64,000 nt of DNA, from the NCBI GenBank assembly GCA_965116885.1, contig OZ220741.1:4640001-4704000 (forward strand). Reading direction: 5' to 3'. The notes under the pieces were generated by a model, which worked only from the letters and a program-made list of their open reading frames with translations, did not search any database and had not been told where the DNA came from. The position numbers and the translations under genes were made by a program. Below are positions 19,279 through 30,038 of the stretch, piece by piece (position 1 is the stretch's first letter; each line of letters opens with the position of its first letter). This DNA comes from Candidatus Latescibacterota bacterium (GTDB lineage: Bacteria; Latescibacterota; UBA2968).

Positions 19279-21417
19279 ATGAAGCGTTTTTGTATTGTGC
19301 TTGTGGTCATTACAAGCTGTCTATGGACCTGGCTACCTCTGGCGCATACATCACAAGTAAGACCTGTGCCGGACTTTGATCAAAACGGCACTGTGGATAT
19401 TTCAGACTTTTTGCTCTTTGTCGGCAAATTTGGTTCAAAACAAGGCGATGAGACGTATGAAGACCGATTCGATCTGGATGGCAATGGCACGGTTGACATT
19501 TCAGACTTTCTGATCTTCGTCAAGGATTTTGGCAAAGCATCTCCTGAAAGTGGTGATGAAAACGACGTGAATATACCAGATGCCAACCTGCGTGCTGTAA
19601 TAGCAGACAGCCTTGGCAAAGGGCGAGATGAGGCCATCACACGGGCAGAGATGGCGAGCCTGACGCACCTTGAGGCACAGGGGGCGAACATCAGCGATTT
19701 GACCGGGTTGCAGTTTGCTACCAATCTGACATACCTGTGGCTTACTGGCAACCAACTAACAGACCTCTCTGCGTTGTGTGACTTGACCGACCTGACAGAT
19801 CTGGTTCTTTTTTCAAACACAATAACAGATATATCCGCGCTATCTAACCTGACAAATTTGGGACACCTGAATCTTGCTGGCAATGGCCTCTCCGATATAT
19901 CCACGCTGTCTAACTTAATAAACTTGGAATGGCTGTTCCTTGCCGACAACACAATAACAGATATCTCTGCCCTATCTGATCTGATCAATTTGACAGGGCT
20001 GGATATTAGCAATGCCACCATTACAGATATCTCTGCCCTGGCTAACTTGATCAACCTGACAAACCTGGGACTTAACGATAACTGTGTATCAGACCTCTCT
20101 GCACTGTCTAACTTGACAAATCTGACATATCTGAATCTCAGCGGCAATAGAATCACAGACCTTTCGCCATTAGTGACAAATACGGGATTGGGTAGTGGCG
20201 ACGAGGTCGATGTGCGGAAAAATCCATTAAGTGCCGAATCGCTCAACAGACACATACTTACCATTCAGAGCACAGGCGTTAAGATACAATTCGACGACCA
20301 GTTCGTATTGGGATGCGTCCCCATACTTCCAAAGAATCTTTCCGTAGATACAGGAAGTTCTCACACTCTACAGGCCAATTCTCTGTATGTTGATCATGAG
20401 ATAATAAGACGCGGAGGTAGTGCTGGCGTGGTGTATGCCGATTTTAACAGAGACGGTCATATTGACATTTTTTATGCACCAGGCGGAGGTTCAGCAGAGC
20501 CTACTCCCGCAGAATTGTATCTTAATGATGGCGCAGGATGTTTCTCCCTCGACACCAATTTCTTTAATGGAAATCCACCGGGTTTGGTGCATCCGAGAAA
20601 GGCTTTGCCGGGAGATTTTAACGGGGACGGGAAAATGGACATCTTCGCGTTGGGTCACGGGTACGACGCCCCACCCTTTCCGGGCGAAGCACCTTATGTC
20701 ATTCTTTCGTCAGGTGACGGCTTCGTATTGGGCAAAGGGTTAGACACACTTATTGGATATCATCACGGCGGCGCATCAGCCGATATTGACAAGGATGGAG
20801 ATATAGATGTATTTGTCACTAATTCACCCTTCGGCACGCCATTCTTTCTTATTAACGACGGCACGGGATCATTTACAATAGATATAAACCGGACTGAGGG
20901 CCTTGTGCATAGACAGCTATATACCGCTGAATTGGTTGATGTCGATACCGACGGGTTTCTCGACTTGTTAGTTGCGGGTCACGAATACGATCCCATGCCC
21001 GGAGACGAAATGCCGACGCAAATCCTGTGGGGTGATAGCACAGGTATATTTAGTACAGCTAAGGCGACAGTTCTTCCGGATATTATTGGTCACGGCACTG
21101 TTGTTGACATTGACGTAAGCGATACAGATGAGGACGGAGATAAAGATATTGTCGTCAACCGAACCTCCGATTCCGCTGTGGGTAACGACTGGTATAAGGG
21201 ATATTATTTGCAATTAGTTGAACAAAAAGCCCCGCGCAGGTTCGAGGACAAAACTGCGCAGTCAATTTTCAAAAACGAAGATGCCAATGCGGATTGGATC
21301 ACCTGGATCCGAATGTGTGATTGCAATGGCGATGGACATGTAGATATCGTGGTTGACGATGCCGGCAGAAACTTGATCTGGGAGAATGACGGAACCGGCA
21401 CATTTAGGCCACGCTGA
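19279..21417 (+). CDS. Secreted dockerin/EF-hand + internalin-like LRR + FG-GAP/VCBS repeat protein
   Basis: DFDQNGTVDISDFLLF and DLDGNGTVDISDFLIF; IPDANLR cap with 22-aa LRRs; DFNRDGHIDI-type repeats. Confidence 0.88.
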   Translation: MKRFCIVLVVITSCLWTWLPLAHTSQVRPVPDFDQNGTVDISDFLLFVGKFGSKQGDETYEDRFDLDGNGTVDISDFLIFVKDFGKASPESGDENDVNIPDANLRAVIADSLGKGRDEAITRAEMASLTHLEAQGANISDLTGLQFATNLTYLWLTGNQLTDLSALCDLTDLTDLVLFSNTITDISALSNLTNLGHLNLAGNGLSDISTLSNLINLEWLFLADNTITDISALSDLINLTGLDISNATITDISALANLINLTNLGLNDNCVSDLSALSNLTNLTYLNLSGNRITDLSPLVTNTGLGSGDEVDVRKNPLSAESLNRHILTIQSTGVKIQFDDQFVLGCVPILPKNLSVDTGSSHTLQANSLYVDHEIIRRGGSAGVVYADFNRDGHIDIFYAPGGGSAEPTPAELYLNDGAGCFSLDTNFFNGNPPGLVHPRKALPGDFNGDGKMDIFALGHGYDAPPFPGEAPYVILSSGDGFVLGKGLDTLIGYHHGGASADIDKDGDIDVFVTNSPFGTPFFLINDGTGSFTIDINRTEGLVHRQLYTAELVDVDTDGFLDLLVAGHEYDPMPGDEMPTQILWGDSTGIFSTAKATVLPDIIGHGTVVDIDVSDTDEDGDKDIVVNRTSDSAVGNDWYKGYYLQLVEQKAPRRFEDKTAQSIFKNEDANADWITWIRMCDCNGDGHVDIVVDDAGRNLIWENDGTGTFRPR

Positions 21418-21486
21418 GCGCAGAAGCCAACCAGCGGAGTATGCGGATTCGTGTCACTGATGTAAAAAAACGTTCTATGAGACAAT

Positions 21487-21623
21487 TATATTGAAGGGTG
21501 GTATAATCCGCATCGCAGGCATTCTTCCATCGCCTACCCTGCGCCGATAGCCTATGAAAAACTGCATCAATCACAGGCCTGATACACAAGCCCTAAATAC
21601 GCCACCAAAACAGGGCAACTTCA
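21487..21623 (+). mobile_element. IS3-family remnant: transposase C-terminal tail + right IR
   Basis: YIEGWYNPHRRHSSIAYPAPIAYEKLHQSQA*, then ccaccaaaacagggcaacttca. Confidence 0.85.
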
Positions 21624-21967
21624 ATTTTTTTTTGTTACTACTTCTGGAGTGCTTTATTGCACTCCAGCACCATCCTACATATCCCCTTAAGTAAGGTAAC
21701 AAAGAACACACCATTGAGGGTCTTCTTGGTATGCTGGAGATTCGCTTTGGTGAGCAATGCGCCCCTCCTATCTAACTGCATTGCCGCTATCAACGATGTG
21801 CAACACCTGAAGCAGTTGCATCGTTGCGATACAAGTTCCGGCATGATCACACACTGGGATAGAAAGACTTGCCGCATGCCTTGTCGCCCCTCAATCTGCT
21901 ATGTATATTTATTGATTTACGCAGATTATGCAGATGCCTGTCAAGCTCGGCAAAGGAAGGGAGTGAT

Positions 21968-22720
21968 ATGTTCTACAACGAACTGATCAAACAAATAGAT
22001 TCCATGCCTTACACACATCGGAGGATGTTGTTTAGAGGGGAACCCCAGAAGTTTAAGCACGTATCTTCGGGATTCTACAGGATGCGCGAGAAGGCAGATC
22101 CTCGCTGGGCTGAATATTCTGCCCAAGAAAGAGAGGAGGATATGAAAATATGTGAAGGGCACGCAGTATCAGGTGCTGGCGTATTTGAGGGGGTGGATGC
22201 AGAAAGGCAATATGAATTGTTCGCTACATTTATGGAGGGCAACCCTCTTGAGCAGGTGCCTGAAAAGTCGTGGGAGACGCTAGGAAAAATAAGGCAGGCA
22301 GGTGGAAAAACTAATTTTATAGATTTTTCAAGGGATGTGAATATTGCCATATATTTTGCATGTTCGGATATTGCAGGCCTTCCCATAAGCTGCGGCAAAT
22401 CTCGTCACGATGGGCGCATTGTGATATATCGCCCATTGACAATCCCTGGAAAGCACCCAATCATGGAATTCCCTCATGCCGGATATAGCAAGTACCAAAG
22501 TAGTGTTTTTGTTCGGCCAAGAGAGGGCGGATCTATCCCTCTTGATGAAGATGTATTGGCTATTCCGGTGCCAAAGGAAGAGAAGCTGTCTCTTTTGAGC
22601 CATCTCGATGTTTATTGCAATGTAAGGCCAAGTACGGTATATCCAGACCTTGGGGGCTACGTTAGGAACGAGGGCCTGATTTTCCCCACCAAAGAAGAGA
22701 TAAATGCCAAATATAAATAA
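21968..22720 (+). CDS. FRG domain protein
   Basis: LFRGE...QAGGKTNFIDFSRDVNIAIYFAC...QSSVF...VYPDL. Confidence 0.85.
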   Translation: MFYNELIKQIDSMPYTHRRMLFRGEPQKFKHVSSGFYRMREKADPRWAEYSAQEREEDMKICEGHAVSGAGVFEGVDAERQYELFATFMEGNPLEQVPEKSWETLGKIRQAGGKTNFIDFSRDVNIAIYFACSDIAGLPISCGKSRHDGRIVIYRPLTIPGKHPIMEFPHAGYSKYQSSVFVRPREGGSIPLDEDVLAIPVPKEEKLSLLSHLDVYCNVRPSTVYPDLGGYVRNEGLIFPTKEEINAKYK

Positions 22721-22840
22721 CTGCACGATCTTCGAAGCGGACAACCTCGATATCCTGCGCGGGGTCCATTCGGAAAGAATCGACCTCATCTACCTAGACC
22801 CCGCCATTCAAGTCTGACAGGAACTATGCGCCGCCTGACG
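22704..22840 (+). pseudogene. Frameshifted 5' fragment of an N6/N4 DNA methyltransferase
   Basis: MPNINNCTIFEADNLDILRGVHSERIDLIYLDP; removing one extra C restores DPPFKSDRNY. Confidence 0.75.
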
Positions 22841-22950
22841 ATCACCGCAAGGCCACAACATTTTTATGAATTTATGCTACTCTGTGCAGTTAAAAATGCC
22901 TATGTTCTGCCGATTATTTTAGACAATGAAGAAAGAAAGGATGCCACTGG

Positions 22951-23709
22951 ATGTTCAAAAGAATTGTTGGATGCCTATTGCTTGTTATGGCAACAGCCGA
23001 TATTGCAGAAGCTGTTGACGGCGATCTTGACTTAGATGGGGATGTAGATTTTCAAGACTTTTTAATTTTAGTACAAAATTTCGGAAAGGAAGGCCCTCCT
23101 TCTCCAGCACGTACTGATACCATTTATGTGACGAAAATAGATACCGTATTTACTACCATCAGAGACACTATATATGTCTCGAAAGTGGACACGTTTTATA
23201 TCGAGACAGGTGCGCCTGTCATTCCCTATGACCGTGACCTGTACAAGCATTGGATTGATGCTGATGGGGACTGTCAGGACACAAGACAGGAAGTTTTAAT
23301 ATCTGAAAGTCTGCAACCAGTCGTTCTCGACGACCGGGGATGCCGGGTCGTATCGGGAGAATGGTTGGATTTGTACACGGGACAGACTTTTACTGATCCG
23401 AGTAGATTGGACATAGACCACTTTATTCCGCTGTCTGAAGCCCATCGAAGTGGCGCAGATACCTGGACGCCGGAACAAAGGCAAGCATTCGCCAATGATT
23501 TGACGAATGAACATTCTTTAATTGCTGTGTCTGCCTCAGCAAACCGATCTAAAGGAGATCGAGACCCCGCAAACTGGTTGCCACCGAATGAGGCTTTTCA
23601 GTGCGAGTATATAAAACGGTGGGTGGCCGTGAAGGAGTATTTCAACTTAAGGATGGATGCAACAGAAAGAAATTTTTTGCAAAATCATCCATGTTTGCAG
23701 AATGATTAA
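22951..23709 (+). CDS. Secreted dockerin-like + DUF1524-type HNH endonuclease
   Basis: Signal peptide; DLDLDGDVDFQDFL; LDIDHFIPL...NRSKGD..WLP. Confidence 0.85.
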   Translation: MFKRIVGCLLLVMATADIAEAVDGDLDLDGDVDFQDFLILVQNFGKEGPPSPARTDTIYVTKIDTVFTTIRDTIYVSKVDTFYIETGAPVIPYDRDLYKHWIDADGDCQDTRQEVLISESLQPVVLDDRGCRVVSGEWLDLYTGQTFTDPSRLDIDHFIPLSEAHRSGADTWTPEQRQAFANDLTNEHSLIAVSASANRSKGDRDPANWLPPNEAFQCEYIKRWVAVKEYFNLRMDATERNFLQNHPCLQND

Positions 23710-24031
23710 ATTCTAAAAAACCTCGAGTACAATACAAAAGCCCGCTGATCGCTACAGATTGACGGGCTTTTGCCTATGCTTGGTGGGAATTATATACGAA
23801 AGTGCCGAAGCAGCACAGTGAGAATAGCTACTCTAAAAATAGGTGGCAAAACACAAAAATGCAAGGGGGAAGACGTAAGGAAAATACTGCTCGACAAGGT
23901 TGCCCAGATTTGTTAAAATAAGTTTAACATTGTTTAACAGAAAGGAGAAGGGGGTTAATGGAGACTTTAGTCTTTTCTGAGATACTGAATGGTTGCTGTA
24001 GAATATGCCAATTAGAGGATGAATACTATTC

Positions 24032-24150
24032 TGGAGTTACCCCGCTTTCGTGGATAATGTAGGAGGTTCATCCTAATCATTCTGCGCCATCAGTTTCTCA
24101 TAGGTGATGGGTAATTGTGAAATGTTATACATCAAATCGGATCAAGTCCA
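24032..24150 (-). mobile_element. IS3-derived mini-element, copy 2 (119 bp, TG...CA)
   Basis: Homologous to 10917 and 28607; ends TGGAGTTACCCCG and cggatcaagtcca. Confidence 0.85.
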
Positions 24151-24161
24151 GGGTCAATATG

Positions 24162-24818
24162 CTATTCATTATCAGATAAGCAAGGGTGAGTTTGTAAAAA
24201 ACGTATCTCTGCGGTATCCATATCTAAATCCCAATAATTCTTTATTGCAATCCAACGGTTGATATATTCACAATGGAATGACTTATTAGGCGGTAGCCAA
24301 TTTGCAATATCTTTATCACGCTTAGAACGATTGGCAGACGCAGATACAGCGATTAAAGCATGCTTATTTACCAAATCATTTGAAAATAAACGTCTCTTAG
24401 CCGAAGTCCAAAGATTAGCACCGCTTCGGTGGGCTTCTGCTAACGGTATAAAATGGTCTATATCTAATTTCCCAGGGTCTGTAAAAACTTGACCAGTATA
24501 TAAATCTAACCACTTGCCAGATAGAACTTTACAACCCTTACTGTCGAGAACAACTGGTTCTAAACTTTCAGCTATTAAAACCTCTTGCCTTGTATTCTGG
24601 CAATCCCCATCAGCATCAATCCAGTAACCGTAAAGACTTCTGCTGTAAGTATTCGATTTTGTTGATTTATCAGAACTTTTACTTTTAGAACCACTATGAT
24701 AATGATACTCTCCAGTCTTACGATTCGTATGACCGCCATTACTGTCAGTCCTCCCACTATGACCGTAAGCCAACGTAGAACCAAAGAGTATTGTAGCCAA
24801 TACAAATAACTTATACAT
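24162..24818 (-). CDS. Secreted YHYH-motif + DUF1524-type HNH endonuclease
   Basis: HSGRTDSNGGH...YHYH; LDIDHFIPL...NRSKRD; paralog of 22951-23709. Confidence 0.85.
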   Translation of the reverse strand: MYKLFVLATILFGSTLAYGHSGRTDSNGGHTNRKTGEYHYHSGSKSKSSDKSTKSNTYSRSLYGYWIDADGDCQNTRQEVLIAESLEPVVLDSKGCKVLSGKWLDLYTGQVFTDPGKLDIDHFIPLAEAHRSGANLWTSAKRRLFSNDLVNKHALIAVSASANRSKRDKDIANWLPPNKSFHCEYINRWIAIKNYWDLDMDTAEIRFLQTHPCLSDNE

Positions 24819-25347
24819 AAACCAAATTCTCCAATTAAACGAGTTAAGATGAAACTTCATAGTAATATATATCATAGAGATTGCCGTCGAATCTAAACTT
24901 ACAAATTAGATCGCAAAGACGGCGAATTTCAAACGGCACATCGTAGATGGTTATGGTATTTACGTCATTGCGCTCCCACTTCAATCCCTCCATAGATTTC
25001 ATATGTTCCTCAACCTCACTTATTGCCATCCCCGTCTTTAATTTGAAGGGATATTTTTCTGGTGGTAAAATCATAGGTGTTTCCTCCAGTGTTCAGGCGT
25101 TAAAAAAAGTTGCTCAATTTTGTATATAATACCAATATTTTCCATAATTTATGGAAATAAAAATTAATTTTATTGTTAAATCAGCTCGAATTTTGAACGG
25201 TTAAAACGGGTCAGAGCTAATACGCTCTAACTCCCGAAGTGCCCTCTGATTCCATCCAGGTACCAATGGCTAAGCCTTTTAAATGGACTTATACGGGCAA
25301 ACCTCTGAAAGTATAAACCGATGGAATACTTCTGCCAAACAGCACTA

Positions 25348-26284
25348 GGTAGTGTCTGAAAAGTCGTAAAGTATGTATTTTAGTTGCAGCATACGCCGAA
25401 AAGAAAGGAGTATGATATGCAACGGAGATACGAACTGAGCGACGAGGAATGGCATCTGATCCAAGACTTATTCCCACCGCCGCAGAAGATGGGTCGTCCC
25501 CGTCGGGATGATCGTACATTATTCAACGGGGTCTTCTGGATATTGTGTTCAGGTGCAGCTTGGCGCGATCTGCCAGAACGCTATGGTCCTTGGCAGACAG
25601 CCTTTGACCGATTCTGCAAATGGAAGCAGGATGGCACCTTTGATCGCATTGTAGAAAAGCTGCATCTCAAATTGGATGAAGATGGCCTTTTAGATTATGC
25701 GACCTGGATGATGGATGCAACCCATATTCGAGCCACACAAGCCGCGGCAGGAGCGAAAAAAAAAGGGTAAAGAGGGTGAAGCAGAACCCCCAGATCACGC
25801 TTTAGGACGCTCTCGTGGCGGTTTGACCACGAAAATCCATCTTCTTTGCGATGCAGTCGGGCATCCTTTAGCAGTGGACCTGCTCCCTGGCAACCAGTCA
25901 GAATCCACACAGGCTGAAAGGCTGTTATCAAAGGTACGCATACCCACCAAACAAGGGCGTCCAAGAAACCGACCTCAGTATCTGGTGGCTGATAAGTCTT
26001 ATGATGTCTCACGCATCAGAGGCTATCTACGCAAACGGGGTATCAAGGCTGCTATCCCAAACAAGGCGATTCCTAAAGGCAGAAAACGGCGTAAGAGAGG
26101 ACCAAGGCCAACGTGTGATAAAAGATTATATGCCAAACGCAATATCGTCGAGCGTCTCTTTGGCTGGCTCAAACACTGCCGACGGATTGTGACCCGGTTT
26201 GAAAAAAAGGCGACTCATTTTCTCACTATGGTCAAGCTGGCATGTATCAGACAACTCTTCAAAGCTTACTTTTCAGACACTACC
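25348..26284 (+). mobile_element. IS5-family (IS427-like) insertion sequence, apparently intact
   Basis: Perfect 17-bp IRs GGTAGTGTCTGAAAAGT / ACTTTTCAGACACTACC; TA on both flanks (CTAG site). Confidence 0.93.
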
Positions 26285-26287
26285 TAG
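25417..26287 (+). CDS. IS5-family transposase, two ORFs joined by probable -1 frameshift at the A-run ~25756-25765
   Basis: YELSDEEW...WRDLPERYGPW...DATHIRA; GRSRGGLTTKIH...ADKSYD...RNIVERLF. Confidence 0.9.
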
Positions 26288-26474
26288 CAAAAATATTTCT
26301 TTTAGTTCAAGAGCAGACCCTACAGACCCTACAGACCCTACCTACCGCCACTACCGCGCCGGCGCTTACCGCAGTGTCTGGACTATCTTTGGATACTCGC
26401 TTCAAGGTAGCACCAAGTAATTACCAAGCAAAATTACCCGGTTACCGCATTTTTCGCCAAAGGAGCCTCTTAAA

Positions 26475-27491
26475 ATGGACATTGAAGAGATCGTACAGAG
26501 ATTGAACGACGAATCTGACCGATTCAAATTTGGCAAGCTTCAAGAGATCCGAAAAAAGTACCTCGGGCTCCAGCAAGTGCCGGTTCTAACGCCATTCGGG
26601 AAGCAGGCCACATTCCCTGACGAAGCCTATGCCTATCATGTCGGAGGGTATAATGAACTCCAGTTCAACGTCGGTTTCGAGGAAGATTTTCGCTGGGGCG
26701 TTGCGATTTCATTGCAGGCGACTCAATGGATACCTAATCCAGTAGAGAAATTATCTCCCAAGCTTGACAAGTTGAGCGAGTTCATCCGTTTGCACGGAGA
26801 CGACCACCTAAATGGGTTCCTGATGTGGCACAGGCACCCCTCCGAAGGCCGGAGCGCTGATCGTTCTCCAGAAGTCGTTCCTCGACGTTTATATACCGAT
26901 GAAGTATTTATCTTTCTCGGAAAACACGAACATATTGACTCCTTCGACGCTGATACTATCCTCCACGATTTCGACAGGTTATTGCCCCTTTATGAATATG
27001 TCGAGTTCGGGACATCTGATTTTCCTATCCTCGAAGACGAATCCGGCTTCGCCTTCAGGCCCGAACACCAACCGAATAGACCGGACAGACGATATCGGAT
27101 GAACGTAATACGAGCGACAGGTCCAAACGAAGTGTACCTCCGACATAACCAGATACAGGACGTTCTTGAACAGGAGCTTCGTGCTGAAGTCGGAAATCAG
27201 GTGGCATCAGAACACCCAGACGGGATCGGCGGTCGCGTAGATTTGATTGCCCAGCGTGGGGACGATTTAGAATTCTATGAGATCAAGATTGGCGGTTCTG
27301 TACGTTCGTGTATTCGCCAAGCTCTCGGCCAGCTTATGGAGTATGGTTTTTGGCCTGGCGCTGCGCGCCCTGCAAAACTCTTCGTTGTTGGAGAACCATC
27401 CCTTGATGGGAAAGCGGAAGAGTACCTCCAGAGCCTGCAAGAAGAGTTCCGCATCCCGATTTACTACCGGCAGGTCGTCATTGAGAATTAA
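26475..27491 (+). CDS. Hypothetical protein with C-terminal PD-(D/E)XK nuclease-like domain
   Basis: HNQIQ...SEH...RVDLI...FYEIK...RQALGQLMEY. Confidence 0.7.
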   Translation: MDIEEIVQRLNDESDRFKFGKLQEIRKKYLGLQQVPVLTPFGKQATFPDEAYAYHVGGYNELQFNVGFEEDFRWGVAISLQATQWIPNPVEKLSPKLDKLSEFIRLHGDDHLNGFLMWHRHPSEGRSADRSPEVVPRRLYTDEVFIFLGKHEHIDSFDADTILHDFDRLLPLYEYVEFGTSDFPILEDESGFAFRPEHQPNRPDRRYRMNVIRATGPNEVYLRHNQIQDVLEQELRAEVGNQVASEHPDGIGGRVDLIAQRGDDLEFYEIKIGGSVRSCIRQALGQLMEYGFWPGAARPAKLFVVGEPSLDGKAEEYLQSLQEEFRIPIYYRQVVIEN

Positions 27492-27783
27492 TCGTGTCCG
27501 CTAGAGGATGCTTGGAAGAAGGAACCGAGCCAAGCCGCTGCCTTGTGGGTCGAGATAGCCGAGGCCAACGCCCGCGCCTACGTGAGAGCACTCTATAATG
27601 ACGAGGTGGGGCCGCTCCGGCGCCGTCTACGGTGTTTATATAGCGACCCATCACTTTTGGCCGCTTTCACCATTAGGGCCTTTCCAACCTTTGAGCCTAA
27701 ATATCTGCTCGTTTACTTTTTTGAAAATGCAAGCAGTAAGTATGCAGGATGTTACTCACCCAGTAGATTCCGACTGCAAAGGG

Positions 27784-27888
27784 TGGACTTGACCCGTTTT
27801 AGTGGACAACTTATCTCTTTCAGAGAAAGGAGTCCAAAATGAGAAGAAAAAGATCATATCCAACAGCATCTAAAGCGGGGTAACTCCA
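27784..27888 (+). mobile_element. Internally deleted IS3-family element (105 bp)
   Basis: Left IR TGGACTTGACCCGTTTTAGTGGACA, AAGGAG + MRRKRSY (OrfA-like start), right end aaagcggggtaactcca. Confidence 0.8.
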
Positions 27889-28434
27889 TTAGTAACGCAT
27901 TCTCGCCATACTAATGTATTCTTTCTCCACCACCTCTATTTGTGGTATGCCCTGGTATTCTGTTATTTTTCCTCTCACACAAATCTGTTTTCCTCTATAT
28001 GTCTGTTCTGGTTTGTCAAATTTCTGACGATACCGACCCCATATCACAACAGTAAAAACTTGATCTGGGTACGGTTTACCAAGGTTCAGATAGGTAGGAG
28101 ATCCTCTGCTGTTCTCAGCGTAATGGGTACTCTCAACTTTACCGCAGACAACTCCTATTTGGCCGATATGATTAACAGCATCTTCAGCTATAATTTTACT
28201 ATCCTCATAAAAATCATCGCCCTGTACATCATAACCCATTCTATCGGCCCGCTTCAACCCCAAGCTGTCTTCCGCGTCATTCGATATCGCTTTAGTTCCG
28301 CCATCGACATAAGCTGATGCCTTCTTCGTTTGAGGGGCATCCAGTCTTTCTACCTCCGTTTGTCCACACGACAAAAACACTGCGCCAAAACTAAAGATCA
28401 ATGAAACGCACAACAAAAATCGGAGAATATACAC
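27889..28434 (-). CDS. OB-fold-like lipoprotein
   Basis: Lipobox FLSC; VCGKV...TYLNLGKPYPDQVFTVVIW...VRGKITEYQGIPQI. Confidence 0.75.
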   Translation of the reverse strand: MYILRFLLCVSLIFSFGAVFLSCGQTEVERLDAPQTKKASAYVDGGTKAISNDAEDSLGLKRADRMGYDVQGDDFYEDSKIIAEDAVNHIGQIGVVCGKVESTHYAENSRGSPTYLNLGKPYPDQVFTVVIWGRYRQKFDKPEQTYRGKQICVRGKITEYQGIPQIEVVEKEYISMARMRY

Positions 28435-28564
28435 ACATCCCTCCCTGAAAAGTTACAGTGATACTCTATAACAAATGATAGGTAGGTCACAAGCAAAAAG
28501 CCGAATTAGCCTACACTTCCATTTCACGATCCCGCCAGCGAGAATATAGTAGGTTGCCATTTCT

Positions 28565-28778
28565 CTGTCCACCAAAACGAGTCGAGTCTATGGAGCAAGT
28601 CCAGCTTGGAGTTGCCCCGCTTTCGTGGATAATGTAGAAGGTTCACGCCAATCATCCAGTGCCATCAATTTTTCATAGTTGATCAGTGATTTATGCTATT
28701 GTCCACCAAATCGGGACAAGTCCATTTAGAAAAGTTGGTATAATTTTTGCCCTGCTCTGTTAAAACGGGAATTACCCA
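28565..28778. mobile_element. Cluster of IS3-type ends including mini-element copy 3 (28607-28724)
   Basis: Outer ends at 28590 (-), 28607 (+), 28724 (-) and 28778 (-). Confidence 0.8.
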
Positions 28779-28928
28779 CTTTAACCCCCTAACTTTGCAT
28801 AAAGTAAAACCCCACAATCTAAGTGATTGTGGGGCTTCTTTGTTAAAGGACTGCCTTTAACAACCCCCCTTTGTCAACATTTTTTAGAAGTTTCCCGTTG
28901 ACAAACTCTTTTTTTACCGGTCATACTT

Positions 28929-30038
28929 TTATTGAAAATCTCCTCTTTCTTCAGCAATTTCGATGGGTTCAAAATATGCATATAGAGCCGCACGCCGTCC
29001 GTGAGCAAACGATATTTCTCTTAACATATTATCTTGAACTTTGTGTATTATATCTGCGGCAGTTGTTCTTGAAATTTTTAGCCCTTTAGCGATATCAGAT
29101 ATTGAAAAAACAGGTTGGGCGAATATAAAATCGAGAGTCTGGATGGCATACCGAGATGAGGTCTTTTTGCTGATCCACGATTTGCGTTTTTCGTACAATT
29201 CCATGATTGACCGTGCTTTGCGTGTATTCTCTCGCGCTTGGGCTGTAAGAGCTTTAAGGAAAAAGGCGCACCACCCAGTCCAATCGTCGTCTTGTGACAC
29301 AGCCAACAGATGATCATAGTAAACTTCTCTTTTTGCCTCAAGATATTCGCTAATATAAAAATCTGGCGAATTGAGAATTTTTCTCTCAAGAAGAAAGAGA
29401 GGTACTAACATGCGGCCTATGCGACCATTTCCGTCCAAAAATGGATGCAACGCTTCAAATTCTGCGTGTGCTATGGCAAGCTGTACAAGCATGTCCCATC
29501 TGCCATTACTATTAAGAAACTTTTCCCATTTAGTCATGCCATCTTCCAATTTGTCGGGGGTCATAGGAATAAATTTAGCTGTCTCTTTTGTGCAACCGGG
29601 CGCACCTATAAAATTAGGTATTCTTTTGTAGTTTCCTGGGTCTTTATTTGTCCCGCGAACACCTTCCATTAAAATAGCATGTGCTTCTTTAAGCAATCGG
29701 CCACATAAAGGCAACTCGTCCATTCGATTAACGGTGTGCAAAACTGCATTGCGATAGTTTAAGACTTCTTTTATTTCACTGACCTTCTCGCCAACACGGT
29801 TTCCTTCTGCTTCGTATTTTAAAACCTCGCCAAGCGTCACTTCAGTGCCTTCAATTCGATTGGTCAACACCGCTTCTTGGACCGTAAGCGGCACAAGCAA
29901 CGTATGTGGGTTAGGCATAACATCAAGAAGCCCCTTAAACTCACCTAAAGCTGAATGGGCAGGGCCAATCAGTAATTGCAGTCGTTCCCAGTCAAGATTC
30001 TTGGGTGGAAATTTCCCATAGTGGTATTCTATTGGCAT
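28929..30038 (-). CDS. Fic family protein
   Basis: HPFLDGNGRIGR; TNRIEG inhibitory-type motif; C-terminal HTH. Confidence 0.92.
   Translation of the reverse strand: MPIEYHYGKFPPKNLDWERLQLLIGPAHSALGEFKGLLDVMPNPHTLLVPLTVQEAVLTNRIEGTEVTLGEVLKYEAEGNRVGEKVSEIKEVLNYRNAVLHTVNRMDELPLCGRLLKEAHAILMEGVRGTNKDPGNYKRIPNFIGAPGCTKETAKFIPMTPDKLEDGMTKWEKFLNSNGRWDMLVQLAIAHAEFEALHPFLDGNGRIGRMLVPLFLLERKILNSPDFYISEYLEAKREVYYDHLLAVSQDDDWTGWCAFFLKALTAQARENTRKARSIMELYEKRKSWISKKTSSRYAIQTLDFIFAQPVFSISDIAKGLKISRTTAADIIHKVQDNMLREISFAHGRRAALYAYFEPIEIAEERGDFQ

Noticed and set aside
19700..20170. 66-bp periodic DNA repeats
   Set aside because: Explained by coding LRR units
24844..25074. 76-aa ORF as an intact gene
   Set aside because: No recognisable motif and it overlaps the next ORF's upstream frame; it may be a fragment
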